A stretch of 64,000 bases of DNA from NCBI GenBank assembly GCA_963828255.1, contig CAWHDZ010000030.1:64001-128000 (forward strand), written 5' to 3'. The stretch's first letter is position 1; each line of letters begins with the position of its first letter. The stretch comes from an uncultured delta proteobacterium. Lineage in GTDB: Bacteria > Myxococcota > Myxococcia > Myxococcales > Anaeromyxobacteraceae. The notes beneath the pieces were generated by a model. The model saw nothing but the letters and a program-made list of their open reading frames with translations, was not told the DNA's origin and made no database searches. Shown here in pieces: positions 19,449 through 30,804 of this stretch. Both the position numbers and the translations under genes were made by a program.

Positions 19449-19955
19449 ATGGGCATCACAGCCGAACAGGTCCTCTTCTGGATGTTCGCCGTCCCGCTGA
19501 TCGCGTCGGCCGCCGGCGTGGTCGCGGCCCGCAACCCGGTCCACGCCGCCATGAGCCTGGTCTCGGCCTTCTTCTGGCTGGCGGGCATCTACGTGCTCCT
19601 CACCGCGCACCTTCTGGCCTTCGTCCAGATCATCGTCTACGCCGGCGCCATCATGGTGCTCTTCCTCTTCGTGGTGATGCTGCTCTCGCTCACCGACGCC
19701 GAGCTGGGGCTCGAGAAGATCACCGCGCTCAAGTGGGTGGGGATCGCCGGCTCCATCGGCGTCCTCGTCCTGGTGGTGAGCGCCTTCGTCCAGTCCGGAC
19801 CGCGCGCCATGAAGGCGGTGGGGGAGGACTTCGGCACGGTGCGGGCGGTGGGACGGATCCTCTTCACCCAGTACATGCTCCCCTTCGAGGCCACGAGCGT
19901 GCTCCTCCTCGTCGCCATCGTGGGCGCGGTGGTGGTGGCCAAGGAGAAGATCTAG
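19449..19955 (+). CDS. nuoJ: NADH-quinone oxidoreductase subunit J
   Basis: NPVHAA, QIIVYAGAIMVLFLFVVML, LPFE. Confidence 0.94.
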   Translation: MGITAEQVLFWMFAVPLIASAAGVVAARNPVHAAMSLVSAFFWLAGIYVLLTAHLLAFVQIIVYAGAIMVLFLFVVMLLSLTDAELGLEKITALKWVGIAGSIGVLVLVVSAFVQSGPRAMKAVGEDFGTVRAVGRILFTQYMLPFEATSVLLLVAIVGAVVVAKEKI

Positions 19956-19957
19956 CC

Positions 19958-20263
19958 ATGGTGCCCGTGTCCAGCTACCTGGCCCTGGCCGCCTTCCTCT
20001 TCGCCATCGGCTTCGCCGGCGTGCTCGTGAAGAAGAACGCCATCATCGTCTTCATGTGCATCGAGCTCATGCTCAACGCGGCCAACCTCACCTTCCTGGC
20101 CTTCGCACGCCAGCAGGGCTCCATGTCCGGCCACGCCATCGCCTTCTTCGTCATCGCGGTGGCCGCCGCCGAGGCCGCGGTCGGCCTCGCCATCGTCATC
20201 GCCGTCTACCGCACCCGCGGCACGGTGTCGGTGGACGAGGTCGAGACGCTGCGCGACAGCTGA
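19958..20263 (+). CDS. nuoK: NADH-quinone oxidoreductase subunit K
   Basis: MCIELMLNAANL, AVAAAEAAVGLAI. Confidence 0.95.
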   Translation: MVPVSSYLALAAFLFAIGFAGVLVKKNAIIVFMCIELMLNAANLTFLAFARQQGSMSGHAIAFFVIAVAAAEAAVGLAIVIAVYRTRGTVSVDEVETLRDS

Positions 20264-20267
20264 GGCC

Positions 20268-20912
20268 TCACCCCTCGTCGATGTCGAAGCGGTGCACCGG
20301 GTGGGGGAGGTCGGTCGAGGTCCGCCGCACCAGCTCCTTCAGCCGCCCGGTCCTCATGTCGTAGACCCAGCCGTGCAGCCAGGGGCGCCCCTCGGTCTTC
20401 CAGGCCCGCTGCACCACCGAGGTCTTGGCCAGGTGGTCCACCTGCTCGATCACGTTCAGCTCCACGAGCCGCCGCGAGCGGGCCTCCTCGTCGGGGAGCG
20501 CTGCCAGCTCGTCCTGGTGCCGCTCGGCGCAGTCCTTGATGTTCTGCAGCCAGCGGTTGATGAGGCCGAAGTCCCGTCCCGACGTGGCAGCCTTCACGCC
20601 GCCGCAGCCGTAGTGGCCGCAGACGATGATGTGGCGCACCCGCAGCGCCTGCACCGCGTAGAAGAGCACGGTGAGCATGTTGAGGTCGGTGTGGATCACC
20701 TGGTTCGCCACGTTGCGGTGGACGAAGAGGTCGCCAGGCTGGCAACCGGTGACGGTCTCGGCCGGAACCCGGCTGTCGGAGCAGCCGATCCAGACGTACT
20801 CGGGGGCCTGGTTGTCCTTCAGGCGGGCGAAGTAGTCGGGGCGCTCGCCGGTGCGTTCCGCCACCCAGCGCTCGTTGAAGTCCAGGAGCCGCTTGTAGCC
20901 GTCCATGCCCAT
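20268..20912 (-). CDS. can: Beta-class carbonic anhydrase
   Basis: WIGCSDSRVP, FVHRNVAN, CGHYGCGGV. Confidence 0.93.
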   Translation of the reverse strand: MGMDGYKRLLDFNERWVAERTGERPDYFARLKDNQAPEYVWIGCSDSRVPAETVTGCQPGDLFVHRNVANQVIHTDLNMLTVLFYAVQALRVRHIIVCGHYGCGGVKAATSGRDFGLINRWLQNIKDCAERHQDELAALPDEEARSRRLVELNVIEQVDHLAKTSVVQRAWKTEGRPWLHGWVYDMRTGRLKELVRRTSTDLPHPVHRFDIDEG

Positions 20913-20938
20913 GCGGAGGGAGGGTAGCAGAACCCGGG

Positions 20939-21937
20939 CTAGGCTTCCGCCCTGGTCTCGCGCGCCATGAGCGCGCGCACGGCGGCACGCGGCTCCTCCC
21001 CCTCGTACAGGATGCGGTGGACGGCCCCGCAGATGGGCATCTCCACGCCGAGCCTGGCGGCGAGGAGGTCCACGCTCCTCGCGTTGAGGACGCCCTCCGC
21101 CACCTGTCCGAGCTCGCGCTGGATCTCCTCGAGCTTCCGCCCCGTGCCGAGCCCGAGGCCGACCCGGTAGTTCCGGGACTTCTCGGAGGAGCAGGTGAGC
21201 ACGAGGTCGCCGAGCCCCGAGAGCCCCAGCAGCGTGAGCGGGACCGCGCCCTTGGCCACGGCCAGGCGGGTGATCTCGGCGAGGCCGCGGGTGATGAGGG
21301 CCGATCGGGCGTTCGCGCCCAGGCCCAGGCCGTCGCACAGGCCGGTGGCGATGGCCACCACGTTCTTGGCGCAGCCGCCGATCTCCACCCCGGCAACGTC
21401 GGAGGTCGTGTACGGCCGGAAGGTCCGGGTGTGGAAGGCGTCCTGCACCACCTTCCCCACCCGATCCCAGCGCCCGGCCACGGTGACCGCGGTGGGCGCG
21501 CCGCGCGCGGCCTCGACGGCGAAGGACGGCCCGGAGAGGAAGGTGAGGTAGGGGTGCAGGTCCACGGGCAGCACGTCCTCCAGGACCTCGCTCATCGTCA
21601 TCAGCGTCTCGACCTCGACGCCCTTCGCGACCGAGCAGATGGGGACCCCGGGGCGGAGGGCGGGCCGGGCCTGCAGGGCCACGGGGCGCACGGCATGGGA
21701 GGGAACGGCGATCACCACCAGTTCGGCCCCCTCCAGGGCGCGCGCCAGATCGGGCTCGGAGCGGAGCGTCTCCGGGAGCGGGATGCCTGGAAGGTACCGG
21801 GTGTTCTCGTGGCGCGCCGCGATGGTCTGGAGCGGTGCGCCGTCCACATCCCAGATGGCGACGGGGAATCCCTTCCCGGCCAGTACGGCGCCGAGGGCCG
21901 TACCCCATGAGCCGGCGCCGAGCACCGTGCATCGCAT
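20939..21937 (-). CDS. gpsA: NAD(P)H-dependent glycerol-3-phosphate dehydrogenase
   Basis: [33 protein letters not shown]. Confidence 0.95.
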   Translation of the reverse strand: MRCTVLGAGSWGTALGAVLAGKGFPVAIWDVDGAPLQTIAARHENTRYLPGIPLPETLRSEPDLARALEGAELVVIAVPSHAVRPVALQARPALRPGVPICSVAKGVEVETLMTMSEVLEDVLPVDLHPYLTFLSGPSFAVEAARGAPTAVTVAGRWDRVGKVVQDAFHTRTFRPYTTSDVAGVEIGGCAKNVVAIATGLCDGLGLGANARSALITRGLAEITRLAVAKGAVPLTLLGLSGLGDLVLTCSSEKSRNYRVGLGLGTGRKLEEIQRELGQVAEGVLNARSVDLLAARLGVEMPICGAVHRILYEGEEPRAAVRALMARETRAEA

Positions 21938-22070
21938 GTCGCTCCTCCCTCCTCGGGACATCCTATTCCGCCAGGCCGAAGGGTTTCACCCTGCCTGTCA
22001 TCGCGGGTTCCCGGGGCTCTTGAAATAGGCCGGTCGGGACGCCGTATGGGAAGGCACAAGGAGAAACACC

Positions 22071-22145
22071 ATGAAGAACCTCGCCATCGTCGCCTTCACC
22101 CTCGCCCTGCAGATCGGTTTCCTCGTCCAGCTCGCCTCGCTGTAG
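22071..22145 (+). CDS. 24-aa hydrophobic micropeptide (below the ORF-track size)
   Basis: AAGGAG-aaacacc-ATG; MKNLAIVAFTLALQIGFLVQLASL-stop; almost all codons end in G/C. Confidence 0.65.
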   Translation: MKNLAIVAFTLALQIGFLVQLASL

Positions 22146-22225
22146 CCCGCCGCCGTCGCGGGCACGGCGATCGAATCCTTCGATGCGGTGACGCGGCACC
22201 GACGCCGCGGTAAGCTCCCCGCCCC

Positions 22226-23119
22226 ATGCTCGCGCGCTGCGCCTTCTGCCAGAAACCCTTCGACACCGACCGATTCGGGGTGCAGCCCTGCCCCCACTGC
22301 GGCCAGCAGGTCCACCTGGCCGACCCGAACGCGCCGGCGCAGACGCAGCCGGTGGCGCAGCCGGCTCCTCCCCCCGCCGCCCCGCCCCAGGGCCATCCGC
22401 CCGGATTCCCCGGCCCCGGCGCGACCTGGGCCGTGGGCGAGGCCGACGCACCCTTCGTCGACCGCGCGACGCAGGGCTGGATCGCGACCTACGTCTCCAC
22501 CTGGAAGCTCTCCTGCCTCCAGCCCGCCGAGTTCTTCCGGTCGGTGAAGGTCGGAGCGCCCGGATCGGCGGTCCTCTTCGGGGTCATCGCCATGACCCTG
22601 GCGAGCTGGTTCCAGACCCTCTACGGCGCGCTCATGGGCGCGGCCACCCGGGGGATGATCGAGGACGTGCTGAAGCAGGTGCCCCAGGGATCCCAGTTCC
22701 AGGACACCTGGATGGTGCAGTGGATGTCCGGGATCACCGTCGTCGGCATGCTGGCGCAGCTCGTCGCCGCGCCCTTCATCTCCGCCATCTGGATCCTCCT
22801 CTGGGCGGGCGTCTACCACGTGGCCCTGCTGGTCCTCGGCGCCGCCTCGCGCGGCTTCGAGGCCACGCTCACCGTTGTGGGCTACGCCTCCGGCGCGATG
22901 CTCGTCGGCGCGGCGCCGGTGCCCGGCCTGGCCAACCTGGTGGGCGCGGTCTGGTTCGCCTTCGCTGCCGCCGCCGGCTTCCGGGAGGCCCAGCGGACCA
23001 CCACCGGCAAGGCCTGGACGGCGCTCCTGCTTCCCTACCTGGCCCTCTGCGCCTGCTGCTGTGCGGCGGCGTGGATGATGGTCACCGGCCTCTCCAGCCT
23101 GAAGGTCCACGGAGGCTGA
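22226..23119 (+). CDS. Zinc-ribbon + Yip1-like membrane protein
   Basis: CxxC...CPHC N-terminus, Pro-rich linker, about 5 TM segments with GFEAT..V.GYA. Confidence 0.75.
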   Translation: MLARCAFCQKPFDTDRFGVQPCPHCGQQVHLADPNAPAQTQPVAQPAPPPAAPPQGHPPGFPGPGATWAVGEADAPFVDRATQGWIATYVSTWKLSCLQPAEFFRSVKVGAPGSAVLFGVIAMTLASWFQTLYGALMGAATRGMIEDVLKQVPQGSQFQDTWMVQWMSGITVVGMLAQLVAAPFISAIWILLWAGVYHVALLVLGAASRGFEATLTVVGYASGAMLVGAAPVPGLANLVGAVWFAFAAAAGFREAQRTTTGKAWTALLLPYLALCACCCAAAWMMVTGLSSLKVHGG

Positions 23120-23124
23120 CGGCC

Positions 23125-23529
23125 ATGGTCGCGGTCGCGCGCCGCCGGGGTCGTCCCGGGATCCCCGAGGCCTTCGCGGCCGTCGCCGCCCTCTCCTTCC
23201 TGGTGGCGCGCTTCCTCCCGGTGCTCTCCTTCCACTCCGAGTGTCCCTTCCGGGCGCTCACCGGGCTGCCCTGCGCCTCCTGCGGCATGACCCACGCCTT
23301 CGTGGCGCTGGCCCGGGGCGAGGCGGGAGCGGCCTGGTCCGCGAGCCCGCTGGGCGCGCTGCTGGCCGGGGGCGCCTGGCTCTACGCCGTCCTCGACCTC
23401 CTCCGGGTGGCGGCCGGCCTCCCCTGGCCGCGCCTCTCCGAGCGGGCCTGGCGCGCCATGGCCGTGGGCGCCGTGGGCGCCGCCGCCCTCAACTGGGGGT
23501 GGATGCTGCTCCGCGCGGTGACGGCGTGA
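23125..23529 (+). CDS. DUF2752-family membrane protein
   Basis: CPFRALTGLPCASCGMTHA motif. Confidence 0.8.
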   Translation: MVAVARRRGRPGIPEAFAAVAALSFLVARFLPVLSFHSECPFRALTGLPCASCGMTHAFVALARGEAGAAWSASPLGALLAGGAWLYAVLDLLRVAAGLPWPRLSERAWRAMAVGAVGAAALNWGWMLLRAVTA

Positions 23530-24143
23530 CGGCCGAGGACCGGCTGGGCTGGGCGCTCGTCGCCGCCAGCTACCTCCTCGGCTCGATCCCCTTCGGGCTC
23601 CTGCTCGGGCGCTTCGTCGCCGGCGTGGACGTCCGGGAGGAGGGCTCCGGCAACATCGGCGCCACCAACGTGGCCCGCACCGCCGGCCGGCGCCTGGGGG
23701 TGCTCACCCTGGTCCTCGACGCGGCCAAGGGGGCCATCCCGGTGGGGATCGCCGCCTGGGCGTTCGGGGTCCCGCACGACGCCGCCTGGCCGGCCGCGGC
23801 CGGGCTCTCCGCCTTCCTCGGGCACGTCTTCCCGGTCTGGCTGCGCTTCCGGGGAGGCAAGGGCGTGGCCACCGCGCTCGGGGCCTTCCTCGCCCTCACC
23901 CCGTGGCTCACGCTGGGCGCCGCCCTGGTCTTCGGCGCGGCCTTCGCCGCCAGCAAGGTGGTCTCGGTGAGCTCGCTCGCCGCCACGGCCGCGCTGGCCG
24001 GGGGCGCGGCCCTCGTCCACGGGAAGGGCGCCCCGGTGACACAGGTGGCGCTCGTCGTGCTCCTCGTCATCGTGGTCCGCCACCAGTCGAACATCCGGCG
24101 GATGCTTCGGGGCGAGGAGTCGCGGCTGCCGCCCCGTCCCTAG
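23526..24143 (+). CDS. plsY: Glycerol-3-phosphate acyltransferase PlsY
   Basis: YLLGSIPFG, GSGNIGATN, GHVFP..FRGGKGVAT, RHQSNI. Confidence 0.95.
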   Translation: MTAEDRLGWALVAASYLLGSIPFGLLLGRFVAGVDVREEGSGNIGATNVARTAGRRLGVLTLVLDAAKGAIPVGIAAWAFGVPHDAAWPAAAGLSAFLGHVFPVWLRFRGGKGVATALGAFLALTPWLTLGAALVFGAAFAASKVVSVSSLAATAALAGGAALVHGKGAPVTQVALVVLLVIVVRHQSNIRRMLRGEESRLPPRP

Positions 24144-26797
24144 AGGTTCGGGACCGGGTTCATCTCGCCGGCCGGGCGGATGAGGACCTGGCGCGGCTTC
24201 ACGCCGTTGGGCGGCCCGACCACTCCCTCGCGCTCCATGCGCTCGACGATCTTGGCGGCCTTGTTGTAGCCGAGCCGCATCTCCCGCTGGAGCTTGGAGA
24301 CCGACACCTCCTCCATGCGGGAGACCAGGGCCAGCGCCTCGTCGTAGACCGGGTCCTCGTCGTCGTCGTCGCGCCGCGAGTCGCCGGCGCCGTCGCGCGC
24401 CTTCAGGATCGAGTCGTCGAAGACCGGGCGCCCCTGCTGCTTCAGGAACCCGACCACGCCGGCGATCTCCTCCTCGGAGACGAAGGCACCCTGCACGCGG
24501 GTGACCGGCTGGGTGGCGGTGAGGACCAGCATGTCGCCGTCGCCGAGCAGCGCCTCCGCGCCCGGGCCATTGATGATGGTGGTCGAGTCGTGGCGCGAGG
24601 CCAGACGGAAGCTGATGCGGGCCGGGAAGTTGTTCTTGATCATCCCGGTGATGACGTCGGTGGAGGGGCGCTGCGTGGCCACGATGAGGTGGATGCCGGT
24701 GGCCCGGGCCTTCTGGGCCAGGCGGGCCAGCGAGATCTCCACCTCGCGCGGCGCGGTCATCATGAGGTCGGCCAGCTCGTCGATGACCACCACCATGTAG
24801 GGGAGCTTCTGGGGGGGCTTCTTCTCGCCGGGGACGGGGGCCCGGAGCGGATCCTCGAAGAGCGGGACCTGCTCCTCGCGGGCCAGCCGCGCCGCGGCCT
24901 CCTCCTCCGTTTCACCTTCGGTCACATCGACGACGAGCAGCTTCCGGGGCGGCGGCTCGTCCTGGTCCCCGAAGGTGCGCCCCTCGGCGCGCAGCTTCTC
25001 GACCTTGGCGTTGTAGGACTTGAGGTCCTTCGAGCCGGTGTCGGCCAGGATCTGGGTGCGCCGCTCCATCTCGTCGACGGCCCACTGGAGCGCCCGGGCC
25101 GCCTTCTGCGGATCGGTCACCACCGGCAGCAGGAGATGGGGGATGTCCTCGTAGATGGAGAGCTCGGTCATCTTCGGGTCAACCATGATCATGCGCACCT
25201 GGTCCGGCGCGTGCCGGTAGAGGAGCGAGAGGATCATGGTGTTCAGGCCGACCGACTTGCCGGCGCCGGTGGTGCCGGCGATGAGCAGGTGGGGCATCCT
25301 CTGGAGGTCCACGCAGTACGGGATGCCCTCGATGTTCTTGCCGAGCGCGAGCGGCAGGAGCCCGGCGGCCCGGTCGAAGGCGTCGCACTCGATGACGTCC
25401 CGAAGGTAGACGGTGGCCCGGTCGCGGTTCGGCACCTCGATGCCCACCACTCCCTTGCCGGGGATGGGCGCGATGATGCGGATGCGCGTGGCCGACAGGG
25501 CCATGGTGAGTTCCTTGTCGAGGTTCTCGATCCGGGAGAGCTTCACCCCGGCCACCGGCATGAACTCGTAGAGCGTGACCACCGGCCCCGGCCGGATGTG
25601 CCGGATGGCGCCGTCCACGCCGTGCTGCCGCAGCGTCGAGACGATGATCTCGGCCACCTTCTGCATCCCGGCCTCGTCGAGCTCCCCCTTGGGCTGCTCG
25701 TGGCGGGTGAGCAGGTCCACCGAGGGAAGCTTGAACACCTCGCCCGACTGCATGAAGGCGAACTCGGGAGCGTCCTTCGCCCTCTTCTTCTTGCCGCGCT
25801 CCTGCATGGCCGCCGAGACCACGATCTCCGGGCGGGCCGGGCCGGACTCGAGCGGCAGCGGGTCGGGCGTGGGCTCGGGGGGGACGGCCGCGACCACGAG
25901 CGGCTGCGGGGTGGGGATGGGCTCCTCGCCCTTCTCCTCCTTGACGCGTCGGCGGCGCCGGGGAAGCTCGTCCTCCTCCGCGTCGGCGGTGGCCCAGGCC
26001 GGCTCGTCGTCGAGCCGCCCGCGCTTCTTCTCCCGGACCAGCGCGCCGGCCATGGCGCGCCCTTCCCGCTCCTCGCCCGAGACCGCCTCGATCACGGCGG
26101 CCCCGTCGAGCTCCTCCTCGCGGGCCCGCTGGGCGGCTTCCTCGGCACGCATCTCGGCCACCGCGGCGCGGTGCCGGTCGATGGCGACCGCGACCCGGTG
26201 GACCGACCAGTTCCAGGCCGAGCGGATGGCCTCCCAGGCGACCGCCCAGACCTGCTGCACCTTCACGTCGGTGGCCACGATGAGCGCCACCACGGAGCCG
26301 GCCCCCACGACGAGCGCCGTCCCGACCGGGCCGATGAGCGACTCGGCCCGGGTACAGAGCAGCCGCCCCACGACGCCGCCCGGCGCGAAGCTGGCGATCC
26401 CGCGGCCGGACAGGAAGAGGTGGGCCAGGGTGGCGACGGAGGCGGTGAGGACGAGGTAGGCGGCGGACCCGACCAGGGTGACCCGGGGCGACTGGCCGCG
26501 GAAGAGGGCGACGGCGGTGACGACGAGGGCCACCGGCAAGACCAGGGCCGAGAACCCCAGCACCTGGTAGAGCGCCCGCGCGACGTGGTGCCCGACCGGG
26601 CCGACCAGGTTCGAGGCCGGCGGCACACCGTGGGTGATGAGCTGCCCGTCGAGCGCCGAGAAGGTGACGAGTGCGATGGCCAGGACCGTCCCGAGCGCGA
26701 GCAGTCCGACCGCCAGGATGTCGCGCCCCATGCCGGTCTTCCCGGAGCCCCCGTCGCGGCTCTTCTCGGACTTCCGGTTGCCCTTCAGCTTTCCCAT
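24140..26797 (-). CDS. ftsK: DNA translocase FtsK
   Basis: N-terminal TMs; PHLLIAGTTGAGKS, IDELADLM, ATQRPS; gamma domain LQREMRLGYNKAA. Confidence 0.96.
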   Translation of the reverse strand: MGKLKGNRKSEKSRDGGSGKTGMGRDILAVGLLALGTVLAIALVTFSALDGQLITHGVPPASNLVGPVGHHVARALYQVLGFSALVLPVALVVTAVALFRGQSPRVTLVGSAAYLVLTASVATLAHLFLSGRGIASFAPGGVVGRLLCTRAESLIGPVGTALVVGAGSVVALIVATDVKVQQVWAVAWEAIRSAWNWSVHRVAVAIDRHRAAVAEMRAEEAAQRAREEELDGAAVIEAVSGEEREGRAMAGALVREKKRGRLDDEPAWATADAEEDELPRRRRRVKEEKGEEPIPTPQPLVVAAVPPEPTPDPLPLESGPARPEIVVSAAMQERGKKKRAKDAPEFAFMQSGEVFKLPSVDLLTRHEQPKGELDEAGMQKVAEIIVSTLRQHGVDGAIRHIRPGPVVTLYEFMPVAGVKLSRIENLDKELTMALSATRIRIIAPIPGKGVVGIEVPNRDRATVYLRDVIECDAFDRAAGLLPLALGKNIEGIPYCVDLQRMPHLLIAGTTGAGKSVGLNTMILSLLYRHAPDQVRMIMVDPKMTELSIYEDIPHLLLPVVTDPQKAARALQWAVDEMERRTQILADTGSKDLKSYNAKVEKLRAEGRTFGDQDEPPPRKLLVVDVTEGETEEEAAARLAREEQVPLFEDPLRAPVPGEKKPPQKLPYMVVVIDELADLMMTAPREVEISLARLAQKARATGIHLIVATQRPSTDVITGMIKNNFPARISFRLASRHDSTTIINGPGAEALLGDGDMLVLTATQPVTRVQGAFVSEEEIAGVVGFLKQQGRPVFDDSILKARDGAGDSRRDDDDEDPVYDEALALVSRMEEVSVSKLQREMRLGYNKAAKIVERMEREGVVGPPNGVKPRQVLIRPAGEMNPVPNL

Positions 26798-26939
26798 GGA
26801 TCCTCGGCGATATCGCGGGTGTAGGGGCGCGTGCGCCCCCGGAGCCGACGATATCGTCGGAGGGGGAAGGGTCAATTTTTCCGCCGGGATCGGTGGCTTG
26901 CGCGGGTCCGTGCATCGGGGCTACCTTGGATGGCCTCCC

Positions 26940-28250
26940 ATGGACGTCCGCTGCGAGCGATGCCGGGCAGAGTATGTCGTGGACGACGCCCGGATCCCCG
27001 AGGCGGGCGTGAAGGTCGGCTGCACCCAGTGCGGCCACGGGTTCCTGCTCAGGAAGAGGGTGCTCGCCGTCGCCGTGCCCTTGAAGGGGGGCGACGGGGA
27101 GACCCCGCTTCCCCTCCCCGAACTCGCGCCCGCATCCGGCGATGCGAGCAACATGGGGGAGGGCGTCGTCCGGGGCGAATGGCGGCTCCGGCAGGAATCG
27201 GGCGGGGTCTTCCCGTTCCGCGAGATCTCCACCCTGCAGCGCTGGATCGTCGAGCGGAAGGCCTCGCGGGACGACGAGGTGGCCTCCGCCCGGGACGGGG
27301 AGGCCTGGCGCCGGCTGGGCGACATCCCCGAGCTTCGGAGCTTCTTCGCCGTGGTCGAGAAAGCCGGCCGGGGAGGGGAGCCGAGGCCGGACCGGGGGCC
27401 GCCCGAGACCCGCGCCGCGCCCGGGATGGAGGATCCCGCCTGGGCGAGCGACCCTGGCCGACCTGCCCGCAGGACCACCCGCTCGCTCCCGGCGGTGCCG
27501 CGGCGGAGGCGCCGCGTGGTCTGGGTGGCGCTCCTCGCGCTCGCGCTCCTGGGCGTGGCGGCCGGCACCGTCTACCTCAGGCGCGGTGCGGAGGCCGCAG
27601 CCGAGGCCGCGGCGGCCGCAAAGGTGGCGGCTCAGGCCAAGGTCCCGCCGCCCGCGGTGGCGCCGCCCCCGAAGCCGGTGGTCCAGGTCGCCGTCCAGGC
27701 TGCAACCGAGCCGACCCGTGACTCCGCTCCGCCGCTGGCGCCGCCGGTCGGGCCGGAGAGCACCGTCGCCACCGCCGCTCCGGCCGCGATCCCTGCCGCT
27801 GCGGTCGTGCCCCCTGCCGCTCCGGTCGCGACCCCCGCCGCTCCCGCGCCCGCGCCGGCCGCACGCCCCGCTCCGCGCGACGAGGCCACCTCCGCGCTGC
27901 GCACCCTGCTGGCCCAGGCCCGGGACCAGCGGGACCGTGGCCGGAGCGAGGCGGCGCTCGACCTCTACGGCCGGGCGCTCTCCATCGACGGGAGAAACGC
28001 CGGCGCCCTCGCCGGGCGCGGGGCGTGCTATCTGGATCTCTCGCGGTATGCCCAGGCGGAGGCCAGCTTCGAGGCAGCGCTCGAGGCCGACCCCCGCAAC
28101 GCCGAGGCGCTCTTCGGCCTGGCCGAGACCTGCCGCTACATGGGGAAGAAGGGCGACGCCGTGGCCTGGTACGAGAAGTTCCTGGCCGTTCGGCCAACCG
28201 GAGACGACGCCGCCGCGGCGCGGCGGCTCATCAGCCAGCTGAAGGAGTGA
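26940..28250 (+). CDS. Zinc-ribbon (MJ0042-like) / GYF-like / TM / TPR protein (myxobacterial type)
   Basis: MDVRCERC...VGCTQCGH, LQRWIVER, one TM, Pro/Ala linker, C-terminal TPRs. Confidence 0.8.
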   Translation: MDVRCERCRAEYVVDDARIPEAGVKVGCTQCGHGFLLRKRVLAVAVPLKGGDGETPLPLPELAPASGDASNMGEGVVRGEWRLRQESGGVFPFREISTLQRWIVERKASRDDEVASARDGEAWRRLGDIPELRSFFAVVEKAGRGGEPRPDRGPPETRAAPGMEDPAWASDPGRPARRTTRSLPAVPRRRRRVVWVALLALALLGVAAGTVYLRRGAEAAAEAAAAAKVAAQAKVPPPAVAPPPKPVVQVAVQAATEPTRDSAPPLAPPVGPESTVATAAPAAIPAAAVVPPAAPVATPAAPAPAPAARPAPRDEATSALRTLLAQARDQRDRGRSEAALDLYGRALSIDGRNAGALAGRGACYLDLSRYAQAEASFEAALEADPRNAEALFGLAETCRYMGKKGDAVAWYEKFLAVRPTGDDAAAARRLISQLKE

Positions 28251-28255
28251 ACGAA

Positions 28256-28594
28256 ATGTCGGAAACCGTGAAGCCCTCCCACACCGAGGACGACTACTTC
28301 GCGAAGGAGGACGCCGAGAAGAAGCGCAAGCTCGCGCTGAGCGTCCACAAGGCCATGGCCGCCGACGAGGCGCGCCGGCTCAAGGACCTGCACCGGGGGC
28401 ACTGCCCCAACTGCGGCCAGTCCATGCACGAGGTGAAGCTCCGCGGCGTGCCGGTGGACATCTGCTTCGCGTGCAACGGCATCTTCCTCGAGGCCCACGA
28501 GGTCGCGGCCTTCCAGGGCCAGATCAACGAGGGCCGGCGCGGCGTGGTGGCGGCCTTCCTCAACTGGCTGACGCCCGAGTCGGGCCAGAAGTAG
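28256..28594 (+). CDS. zf-TFIIB-like zinc-ribbon protein
   Basis: EDDYF, CPNC...VDICFACNGIFL. Confidence 0.8.
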   Translation: MSETVKPSHTEDDYFAKEDAEKKRKLALSVHKAMAADEARRLKDLHRGHCPNCGQSMHEVKLRGVPVDICFACNGIFLEAHEVAAFQGQINEGRRGVVAAFLNWLTPESGQK

Positions 28595-28598
28595 CCGG

Positions 28599-28885
28599 AT
28601 GGCGCTGTCCACCGACGAGGTCCGGCGCATCGCGGCGCTGGCCAGGCTCCGGCTCTCGCCCGAGGAGGAGACGCGGCTCGCCGGCGAGCTCTCCGCCATC
28701 CTCGACTACGTCCGGCAGCTCGAGGAGCTCGACGTCTCCGCGGTCGAGCCCATGACCCACGCCCTCGCCGCCGGGGAGACCCCCTTCCGCGTGGACGAGG
28801 TGCTGCCCGGGCTGCAGCCCGATGAGGCGCTCGCCAACGCGCCCTCGCGCTCCGGGAACTGCTTCCAGGTGCCCAGGATCATCGA

Positions 28886-28889
<4 letters not shown>
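28599..28889 (+). CDS. gatC: Asp/Glu-tRNA amidotransferase subunit C
   Basis: IAALARL, VEPMTH, ANAP, FQVPRI. Confidence 0.95.
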
Positions 28890-30354
<1,465 letters not shown>

Positions 30355-30358
<4 letters not shown>

Positions 30359-30804
30359 ACGGGCCCACCCGCAAGATGGCCGTGGTGGTGTGGGGCGCCC
30401 TCCTGGCCACGCCCGTGCTCTTCGCCGGGGTGACGCTCGCCGCGTCGCCGCCCCACGACCTGCGATCGCCCGAGTTCGCCGGGCTCTTCCGCTGGATGTC
30501 GGCGGCCGTGGTGGGGCTCGGGGTGGCGCTCTCCCGCATCCTCCCGCCCCGCCTCCGGCGGCACGACAAGGGGTCGCGGGACGCGGTGGCCTTCACGCGG
30601 TTCGTGGTGGCCGGGGCCATCCTGGAGGGGGCGGCCATGTTCCCCCTGGTGGCCGAGCTCGTGACCGGCGACCAGCTGCTCTACCTGCTCAGCGCCGCGG
30701 CGGTCGCCGCGCAGCTCTCCCTCTTCCCGTCGGAGGAGCGCTGGAAGGGATTCGCGGTCCAGCCGCTCGACGGCAGCGCCGCCGCCCGGAGGACGCCCCG
30801 GTGA
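30355..30804 (+). CDS. Hypothetical 4-TM membrane protein between gatA and gatB
   Basis: ATGA/GTGA overlaps on both sides; hydrophobic helices. Confidence 0.7.

Noticed and set aside
21996..22022. TGTCATC...CTCTTG upstream of the 24-aa peptide as a third copy of the GTCACA/GCCTCCA motif
   Set aside because: Both blocks mismatch and the spacing differs by 2 nt
23903..26824. 973-aa plus-strand ORF, and similar long ORFs such as 53918..57139, 53902..57066, 34442..37300 and 41181..43691
   Set aside because: Antisense or alternate-frame shadows of clear genes (ftsK, pyrG operon, hox and others); expected at this GC content, with no motifs
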